A stretch of 64,000 bases of DNA from Pseudovirgaria hyperparasitica (taxonomy: Eukaryota). Location: assembly GCA_010093815.1 (NCBI GenBank), contig ML996575.1; one strand, written 5' to 3'. The stretch's first letter is position 1, and each line of letters starts with the position of its first letter. The translations under genes and the position numbers were made by a program. The notes under the pieces were generated by a model. The model did no database searches, had not been told where the DNA came from, and saw only the letters and a list, made by a program, of their open reading frames with translations. Of this stretch, positions 27,443-36,890 are shown in pieces.

Positions 27443-28831
27443 ATGACACGCTTGTTTCCTCCGACCTGGAAAGGACTCCATCCAATCGCTCCTGACCTTC
27501 CCGAGCCCTACTCACCGCGAGAGTTGGATGTGATTCTGCAATGCGGTCTATTGTGGGCAACAGTTTCGATGCCATTTAGGTATGGCATCCGTCGTTTTAT
27601 CCGGAAGCAGAGAATGCCTCTACCCGGTTCGTTTCTCGCCCACCTCGTATATGGATCTGCCGCCTCCTGGGCTCTGAACGCTTTGTGCGACCAGAGAGAA
27701 AAGTCATGCGTCATTCCGTTCTTTGAGAAACATGGGATTGAACAAAAACCTTTTCGCATTATCGAAAGAACGGGAAAGATTGGGATGGACGATATTGTTG
27801 TCTTAGGAGCATCGGCTGGACTTCTTGTTGCTCGCACCAGGTTGAAGCCTACGATCACTGGATGGAGACGGCATATAGGCCTTGCTTTCGCCGGTGCCAC
27901 TACGATGAGTATACTGGCGGACTATCCGCACCATATGTGGACAGAGTCCGCATGGGTGTCGGGGCAGGACCCGTATACGCCATCTGCTGCCTTTTATCGA
28001 CGCTTCAAGCAGGAGCGTCAGCAAGCCATTGTATACACCCAACATAGGGGTGAGATCGCCCAATGCGTCCCGGAATCGACGATTTCCATGTCGCAGATGT
28101 TAAGAATGCATCGCATTTTTGAGGAACATGCATCGATTCCGTCGGGGACCGGACTAATTGAAATATTTTTTGCATATTACTTCCTTCCCATGAAATTGCT
28201 GCACTTCTTCCTTCAGCCCTTCGATCCCCCTGGTCCCGATGATCTTCTCGAAATTGATGAAGAGACACAACTCGGCACGGCGGCAGAGCTCCCTAGGTAT
28301 ATACCAGGTGCCGTACCCTGGGCGACTGCGCACGTACCGGCTGTGAACTTGGAAGTAAAGAGAGATTATTTGTGGAGCATGCGTCTGCCGGAAGACATCG
28401 AATATATGAAACATGAGCTCGACCAGATGGAGGTGGTACGCCATGGCCTTTTCCGCGATAATGCATACATTATGTCCAAGATTGCTCAGAAAGAATATGA
28501 GCTGTATACAACTAAAGATCAAGGTACTGCGGAACATACGATCTTGATTTTTCAATTAGACGTTCTGGCAGGTTTTCACAGAAAAATTGAATCGGAAATT
28601 CTGCGATTGGGCTGGAGGATGAGGGAAGCACAAAGGCTCCTTGCTTTATCAAGAGGAGAGAACATAACACCAAAAGAGCGACTGTACTACACGGAGAATT
28701 CTATGATCCTTGTGCTAAATAGACATAAAGGTCCTGAATTTCCGTGGCCAACTGCAAGCGATGAAGTGGCTAAGACGGCATTCGCGGCGTTGAGGCAAGA
28801 ATTGGAGGCTGATTTTAAGAGTTCTGACTGA
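27443..28831 (+). CDS. Hypothetical protein with probable transmembrane segments and a C-terminal coiled-coil (462 aa)
   Basis: Uninterrupted 462-codon ORF with a CACCATG start, divergent from REX1, with hydrophobic stretches (DIVVLGASAGLLVA; IGLAFAGATTMSILA). No family recognised. Confidence 0.6.
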   Translation: MTRLFPPTWKGLHPIAPDLPEPYSPRELDVILQCGLLWATVSMPFRYGIRRFIRKQRMPLPGSFLAHLVYGSAASWALNALCDQREKSCVIPFFEKHGIEQKPFRIIERTGKIGMDDIVVLGASAGLLVARTRLKPTITGWRRHIGLAFAGATTMSILADYPHHMWTESAWVSGQDPYTPSAAFYRRFKQERQQAIVYTQHRGEIAQCVPESTISMSQMLRMHRIFEEHASIPSGTGLIEIFFAYYFLPMKLLHFFLQPFDPPGPDDLLEIDEETQLGTAAELPRYIPGAVPWATAHVPAVNLEVKRDYLWSMRLPEDIEYMKHELDQMEVVRHGLFRDNAYIMSKIAQKEYELYTTKDQGTAEHTILIFQLDVLAGFHRKIESEILRLGWRMREAQRLLALSRGENITPKERLYYTENSMILVLNRHKGPEFPWPTASDEVAKTAFAALRQELEADFKSSD

Positions 28832-29025
28832 TTGCAAGCACACTTTTAACAGATAAATTCCAAGTCTGTCTATTACGAGCGCCTAATACGCTTGTGTTAA
28901 TGATTGCCGCGACTGAATTGGCAAATGTCATGCGTGTGATAATTACTTGAAGCCCTTAGTTATGGTGTCGAGGGGCCCGTAAGATATCGTGCGCACCTTG
29001 TATGTATTCCTGCCCGGACATCAAG

Positions 29026-29819
29026 TCAAGCCTTCTTCTCCTTGTTCAACTCCTCCATCTTGTCCCTGGACGGTAAGGAATCAGGACCAAATGCATTCGG
29101 AAGTAGCTTTACAATCTCAGCACATCGCCTCATCAAAGGGTGGTCCAACTCACCTCTCCCATCGTCATGACCTCATATTTACCGTCACGATCAAACATCA
29201 GTATTGGCGTGGGAGGCTACGTCCAAGTCGTCAGCAAGTCCTCTACACGCTGTCACAACTACCACACCTCTACACCCCTCTCTCCACATAGCAGTCGTTC
29301 CAAAGCCTCACCCACAGTCTGCATCGGCCGAAGCGGCTTCCCCTCCTCATCCTTCACTCACCTCGCAAAACTCCCTCAGGAACTGTCTACACATGCCGCA
29401 TGGGCTGCTAGCAGGCGTCACATCTGTAGCCACAGCCACAGCCTTGAAGCTCCCCAGCTTATAACCTTGTATCACCGCCGTGCTCATCGCCGTCCGCTCG
29501 GCGCAGATGCCTACCGGGTACGAGCCGTTCTCGACGTTTGCGCCCATGATGATTGTGCCATCGGTCGCGAGGAGGGATGCGCCGACGCGGAACAGAGAGT
29601 ATGGGCCTGGTGCAGGGAATCAGTAATCTGAGCGAGAATCAGGAGTATGCTTGGGTTCTTCCGGGAAGGACGGTGGATTTGAGGGGCAGTATACGTACAG
29701 TATGCGAGAGCTTTGGCCGCGATGGCCTTCTCTCCTAGGATGTGCACTTCGGTGCTGGTGAGGCCATGAACACTCTCTTCATCAGGGGTCATGAGCTCTT
29801 TCGATGGTGCCCAAGCCAT
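29026..29819 (-). CDS. CDD1: Cytidine deaminase (homotetrameric type), 4 exons
   Basis: Spliced product: MAWAPSKE...AKALAYCPYSLFRVGASLL...GANVENGSYPVGICAERTA...SPCGMCRQFLREFCE-PPTPILMFDRDG...-LLPNAFGP...KKA*. Zinc motifs CAE and PCGMCRQ are present. Introns have canonical GTACGT/GTGAGT donors. Confidence 0.93.
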
Positions 29820-30328
29820 GTGGACAGTTTCTGGTGGACTGGGGAGGGGAATACATGGTTACTCTAGAGGGGCGGTAGTGAAAGCTCTAGCTCTCGGCTG
29901 TCTCCGAAACGCTGTTATCCATTATTTTGGTGCGGATGATGATAAGGGTATCGTTTAGCGCTCAATTAGAAAAGAATACGTATCGTTGAGGCTGGATTGC
30001 GTACATTGCAGTCTGGAGCCACTTACTATCAAGGTTGCGGAGCACTCCAATCGAACAAACGTCATGACAATAAGCATAAGCAAGGAATTGTAGATTGTTG
30101 ATGGATGAGCATTTGATGTCTTGCTACTGGATGGCTCGGATGGCGTCTGCAAGTAGAAGATTATATACGAAGAACCCAGAGCGTGGAGGTCAGTCATAGA
30201 TGCTCGGTATGCCATCCAATCCGCTTGATACTCAAATGAGAAACGAAAGGTTCGCTTCATGATAGCAATGGCAAGACTAACAACAATCATTCATACAGAC
30301 CTAAACTGCGAATCTGCTAAATAACCCC

Positions 30329-33292
30329 CTATGCAACCTCTACAAACGCCCTCTTCCTGACATTCTTGTCGCTATTATCCTCAAGTACATCTTCTAGTCG
30401 AACATTTTCATTATCCTTGACCTTGCCTCCCACGAATCTAAGCGCAGCAAGATTGAACCCGAGCACATCTTTTAAGCTCTCTAAGCTCGCCCTCAAGTCG
30501 TCCCTCATACCTTCTAATATCAGCCTCAATTCACCTGAACTGACAATCTGCCGCTGATGCGTCTTCAGCATAAAAAACAGAACCCTACACGTCAACGGCA
30601 TATTCCATTTCCTTCGCACAAAGATCGCCAGGAACGTGAAAAGCGACGGCAACATCGAGAATGGCAGCACGAGCAGCGCATCCTGCAAGCTAGGCGCCGG
30701 GATTCGCGCCATGGTATTGAGAACATGTCGCTCTGCAGAGATGCCGCCAAGAGCCATGAACAGCGGATCCCGTTGCGGTGGCGCAACGTTGACGTTTGGA
30801 TTATCTTTCTTTTGCGCTTCGTAGCGTTCGACGATGGCTAGGTCGGCAACACCTAGCTCAAGAGCCTCGGCGATCTTTTCTCCGGCCGTGAGCGTTTGGA
30901 TGGTCTGCTTCGATGCAAGGGTCAGCTGGTCGCGAGCTTCAGTACCATCGTCTTCGTCATTCAGGGTAGCTTGAAGCGCAGCTTCGTGTAGCTCCTCCAA
31001 GTCCTTCTCGCGCTCTTCTTCGAGGAAGAGAGGCTCGTCTGTTTGTGCCCAAATGCGAATGCTTTTGTCGTGGGATGCGGTGACGACGAAGTCGCCAGTA
31101 CGGGAAACGGCAAGGGACCAGATTTCACCATGATGCGCATCGAGCTTCTGAATCTGCTCAAACTTGTCGCCATCCCAGGATTTGAGGGTACGGTCTTTGC
31201 TGGCGCTGAAAAAGATATGGGCGTCGTCTCTGTTCACAGGATGCGGGATGAACTGTACGGCCATGATGCTGTCTTGGTGGGCGAATATCGCTTTATGGCA
31301 GTCGCCAAAGTCGAGTCCCCAGATGCGGATGTTTTTATCGGCGGAGCAGGTGGTTATTAGCTTGTTGTCGGAGGATATGGTAATATCAAGTACGGGGAGC
31401 TTGTGGCCATAGAGATTGAGGAAGACTTTGAGGGAGTCGGTAAAGAAGACTTTGACGGTGTTGTCGAGTGTGGAGAGGGCGAGAAGGCGGGCGTCAGGGG
31501 AAAAGCAGAGCTTGAGGACATCGTCATTGAGTTTAAGAATGCGAGTATGCTTAAGACGGAGCTTTTTCGTTGTCCGCTTTGTGCCAGGTATTTCTTCTTG
31601 AAAGACTTCGAAGGCCCAGAATTTAGCACATTTGTCGGCGCTGCCTGTTACGAGCGATTGACCGCCGGGATGTACTGCAAGTGTCCAGACAGACCCGTCA
31701 TGGGCCTGAATTTTCTCAAGCAGAGTTGAAGACGCAATGTCGAAAAGCTCAAGCTCACCAGATTTGGTTCCTACGACGACGATCTTGTCACCAGGAACAA
31801 ATGATACACATAATGCATAGCCACATTCCAGTGTACGGATACATGTCCGTGTTTGCACATTCCAGATTTTGAGGCTACCATTGGAAGCAGTGGCAAGCAT
31901 TTTGTCGTCGGAGCTGAGTGCCACAGCGCGAACATCGGCGCGATGCCCCGGAAGTTCGACGGAAGAGATACGATCATACTCTACTTCTGTATCATCTTTT
32001 GACTTCTTGATACGTTCTTTGGTGGTGACGGTATATGCTTCGATTAGGTTGTTTGTTGCTGTTGCGATGAGTTGTAGAGATCTGGAGGACTTCGTCCTCG
32101 CCCAAGCTACTGAACGGATCTTTCCCCCCGTTCTGACGATCGTATATGGGACAAAGACCTCTTTAATGTCAGTCTGACCGTTGTCCTCGAGCATGTCTTC
32201 ATCAATTTCTTCGCCTTTTTGAGTTGCTTTCTCACGTCTTCGCTTACGCTTGCGTGCGAGTGACTTCTTGATCTCCTCTTCGCCTCGAATGCGCCATATC
32301 TCGACAGCTTTTTCTGTACCATGGATCGCAATGTAGTCAGCTTTGTGGTGGAATTGAATACCTGTGGTTCGGTCTTTTCCCTGTCGATACAAGAGGCCCA
32401 TCTCATGTAGTACTCGATCACTCTCCCCCAGTCCTCTATCGCTCAGACTTGTCGCAAGTACGTTTGAATTTATCGACCAGACCTTGAGTTCACCATCGTT
32501 ACCAGCTGTAATGCAACCTGTACCATCTGGAGAGACGGACATTGCCCAGCATTCTCCGTTCGTTTGAGCCACATGGGTTTCAATGCAGTGCTGCGATGAA
32601 AGTTCCCAGACCTTGATGAGTGCATCTTTGCTGGTTGACAGTAAAACATTGCCCTCTGATGGTGGTGGTAAGCGTTCCTCGTCCTGCAAGGCTTGAGGGT
32701 ACAGGAAACAGAGAGCCGTGACCTGATCTTTGTGGCCGCGAAGTTTGAATAGACCGACTTCGCTCAGGAGATCCCATAGAATGATATCCGTATCCTTAGA
32801 CCCACTCGCAAGACGGGCTCCGGTACGGTCAAATTGGAGAGTTGTCACGGCTGATTTGTGGCCGTTGAAAGTAATGAGGCAAGTATCCGTTCTTGCATCC
32901 CATATTCTGATACTGCCATCTGCGTGCCTATCTTCCCATCAGATTGGCCCTTTCTGAATAATAGTGCCAACTCACCCAACCGCGAATATAGATTCATCCG
33001 CTGTTGATTTAGATACCGCCGTGACTTCAGCGTTGCACTGAACATCTTTCCACCGACTCAAGAGTTGGCCCTTCCGGACATCCCAACTCAACACTTCCTC
33101 ATTCGCGCTGACATACGCGACACCAGCTCCAGTTTTGGATGTTGATGCGTCTTCTTGTGGCGCCCAAACAAGATTCGAAGATCCAGTGCACACTACACCA
33201 AAAGAATGCGACTGTTCATATTTGCTGTATCGCATCAGCATTAGATCAATGAGGCTCACTACAATTGATACATACACATATGACTTGACCAT
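30329..33292 (-). CDS. DIP2: U3 snoRNP / SSU processome WD40 protein Dip2/Utp12 (3 exons)
   Basis: MVKSYVKYE start, many WD40 repeats (LASGSKDTDIILWD, LYGHKLPVLD, CSADKNIRIWGLDFGDCHKAIFAHQDS) and a C-terminal Utp12 domain (LQDALLVLPF...LGFNLAAL). Introns near 33275-33227 and 32976-32929. Confidence 0.93.
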
Positions 33293-33592
33293 GCTCGCTG
33301 TCGAACAGTTGCTCTGTTTAAGCTTGTCCTAGAATTTATCATCCCAGGCTTTTTTTCGATGCCGCGACCGAGTGCAGATCTCGACATTTTAGTGGAGCCT
33401 CGGGCTGTGGCGTGCGTGGCTGAAGCGTGCAATGAGGCATTCTTTCAGGCATCAATTCGTGATACACAACCCCACATCATTCGTAGGCCGTATTGGAAGC
33501 TACACTACACACCACATCTCTTCGCATTTTCAAGTCAGCGGCGCACGGGGCTCGAACATATCAAAGCTATATAGACCTCAGAGAACGGCAGC

Positions 33593-34699
33593 ATGCTTCT
33601 CCTCGACTACCAGAATGTGCTCATTGAATCGCTGCTGAAAGACCGCTTTGCTGGGTAAGATCCTTACGTCTTTGCTCTCCTGCGGACACATTCAAGTTGC
33701 TAACAACTCTACAGAGCTGCTCCTATTAACATTGATCAGATAGTCTCAGACTTTGACAATGTCACGTTCCATATATCTACCCCTGAAACCAAGACCAAAA
33801 TTCTCATCTCGATACGTGTGAAGTGCTTCCCAGAGCTAGTGCAATATGGCGCTCAGGCCGTCTTAGAAAGAGAATATGGGCCATACATAGTGTCGCCGGA
33901 GTCAGGGTATGACTTCTCGGTCCAGGTGGATTTAGAGGCATTACCAGAGAGTCAAGAGGAGAAAGATGACCTGATTCGCCGTATATCACTATTGAAGCGC
34001 AATGCGATGGCTGCTCCATTCGAGCAGGCTTTTGACGAGTTCAAGGCATTACAAGAGGAGGCATCGAAGTACACATCTGAACAAGCACCACAGGGTGTGC
34101 AAGAGGGAGGAGAGGTTCGGGCAATTCACTACCGTGAAGCGGAGGCCATCTTCGTAAAGGCCAGTCATGATAGAGTAACTGTGATATTCAGCACCATCTT
34201 CTCCGACGAGACGGATCGCATCTTCGGAAAGGTGTTTCTCCAGGAATTCGTGGATGCGAGGAGAAGGGCCATTCAAAACGCACCACAGGTACTCTTCCGG
34301 AATGACCCTCCGCTCGAGCTACAAGGTGTTCCCGGTATTGATGCAAGTGGCTCGGCCAAGATTGGCTACATTACGTTTGGTGAGTTTGTCGAAGTGCTTG
34401 TTGGTGGATGCTGATCAAGTAGTTCTCTTCCCACGCCATCTAGCGGATCAGCGTCGCGAAGATGTTATATCACACATACAAACGTTCAGAGATTACTTCC
34501 ACTATCACATCAAAGCATCAAAGGTAAGTGCTACCGACCTTCCATTGACTTGCACTATTGACCGTTGGAGGCATATATTCATTCGAGGATGCGCCGGCGC
34601 ACGGCCGACTTCCTCCAAGTACTGCGCAGAGCCAGGCCCGAGGCCGAAGAGAAGGAGCGCAAGACAGCAAGTGGACGGACGTTCAAGGTGCAGGCTTAA
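33593..34699 (+). CDS. ARC35: Arp2/3 complex 34 kDa subunit (ARPC2), 4 exons
   Basis: MLLLDYQNVLIESLLKDRF start, then SDFDNVTFHIST, LLKRNAMAAPFE, HDRVTVIFST, KVFLQEFVDARRRAIQNAPQVL, LFPRH and FRDYFHYHIKASKAYIHSRMR. Introns at about 33655-33714, 34380-34422 and 34524-34570. Confidence 0.95.
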
Positions 34700-35093
34700 A
34701 GTGTTCATAGGATATGTTCCTGTGCAATAGACGAGCTTTGCTTAGCCATTCTGGGTGAAGATGGCTCACGTATCGCAGATTCAGGGGGCCGTTATTACAA
34801 TACATAGGTGCAGGCGACGTCGTATAGACAGTCGAAATGTAGGTGTAGCGATACAAACAAAAGACATTAAAAATGCTCAAATCAAATACACACGGAGTAC
34901 ACGTTACTGTGATATTTGCATGTCAGGTTTGGTGTTGATTGCTTTTGTGATAATATTCCACTACAGTGGATGCCGGGTCCCTCAACCGCTTTTTACCGAG
35001 CGAAGCCCGCATCTCGACGTGCATCCTGGATTACCACGATTTAAGCACTGATTCCACTCAACGCGTTGAACTACAGCCACCGCATCGCGCACG

Positions 35094-35937
35094 ATGCGAT
35101 GGCCCTGGACTTCCGAAACAGACATTCACAAGCGCTCGGATAGTTCCTGGAGCTGGAAACGCTTTACAGAACCGCAAACCATCCTCGCATCGCTCGTTCT
35201 AGCTGGCGGTCTCCTCACATCTGTGCGTGTCTACAAAGAGTATCTTAGGCGCATACCCAATTCGAAATATATTAAGCCAGGATGGCTAAGGCAGAAAAGT
35301 CTGTTTGGAACTGTCACAAGAGTTGGTGATGCAGATGGCTTCCATCTCTACCACACACCAGGCGGAAGACTGGCAGGATGGGGTTGGTTTCCAGGAAGAT
35401 CAATACCAGTCAATAGAAAGGAGCTAGTTGGCCAGACGGTGAGATAGGAACGCGGATGTCTCTCACAAGCACGTATAATCTGACATATTTTACGCTCAGA
35501 TATCAGTCCGTATTGCCGGCGTAGATGCACCTGAGTTGGCACATTTCGGACAGGAGGGGCAGCCGTACGCCAAAGAGGCGCACCAGTTCCTGATCGGTCT
35601 CATAGACGGCCGAAGAGTACGAGTATATCTCCACAGTCGTGATCAGTACGACCGGGTCGTCGCTACTACCTACGTTCGACCGTGGGTTTTGAAGAAAGAC
35701 GTGGGACTGGAGATGCTAAAACGCGGCTTGGCTACTGTATATGAGGCCAAGACCGGGGCTGAATATGGAGGCAAGAAAGAGCTGTACGAGACTACGGAGC
35801 AAAAGGCAAAAGACAGCAAAGTAGGCATGTGGGAAAAACCAAATCTTCTGTCTCGCTTGGTTGGTACGAAAGAGTTTCGGACAGAGTCGCCTAGAGAATA
35901 TAAAAACAGACACAAGGAGGAAGCCGTCAAGAAGTAA
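35094..35937 (+). CDS. LCL3: Staphylococcal-nuclease-fold endonuclease Lcl3 (2 exons)
   Basis: N-terminal TM segment, then [33 protein letters not shown]. After an intron at about 35439-35499: [51 protein letters not shown] and ESPREYK. Confidence 0.92.
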
Positions 35938-36890
35938 AAGGGAGAATCTATGCTGCATAGCGAGGCGTTTGACAGAATAAATCCCTATGATATCTGCTTG
36001 ATTATACCAAACAATATCGAATTTATCATGCCTCAGGCTGCAACTGCTCCACGGCTAATGAAATGGGCGGGCTCTCCACCGTCTTAATTAGGTACTTCGG
36101 TACCGTCCCCGAGTTCGGACGGAACCTCCACGAATGTGGAGAAGTCAGATAACTAAAATAGAAATAGATGAGGTGATTGGCCTGTCAGTTTGAAAGAAAA
36201 AAAAATGCACCGAACATGCGCAATGCAGGCATGGTCCTCGACGCCTCAGGTTCTAGAGCGCGTCACGGGTCAACAGCCAGTGATAGCAACCTCTTACCGC
36301 CTGGCCATGGCATGGATGTATCCGATCAAGGCTTGCAAGCAAACTTTTTTTTTGCCTGGCACAATTTGCAAGGCTTGTGCATGACAAGGAACACGGGAGA
36401 ATGGAGAGGCATTGCAAGGAACATTTGCCGTCACCGCACCTCGATCGATGCAGGTGTGGTGGTGTACAGGTTCAGTCCCACGCAGAAAAGTTCTGCTTGC
36501 GATTCCTGAACATCTGCCAGGCTCTCTCACGCACTTACTATACGTATGGCATGCTAGACATACACCTAATATTCTTTGATTGACAATTCGTCTACCTTGT
36601 GAGGTAATTCCTAGCATTGCTAGCCTTGCCGGTGCCCTATCTTATCGGGGAGCTCTTAGCTAGCGCGCAGCAATAGAGTCATTCGAGGTTGTCCCCAGCT
36701 TTTTTTTAAATTCACACGAGCATCTTGACCTCACTTTTCACGCACACCGCACATTTCCTTCGTTGTAAACGCCTCTATATCTCTGATCCTGCACCTTGGT
36801 ATGCAATACACTGAGTAGAGAAGAATATCACCTAACTTGTCAAGGCATTTGAGGCACAATTGGCCGTCGATCGCCCAAGCCAGAGCTGCC

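Noticed and set aside
36801..36818. Arginine attenuator peptide uORF
   Set aside because: Only 5 codons with no similarity to the AAP, which belongs to the small-subunit gene CPA1/arg-2.
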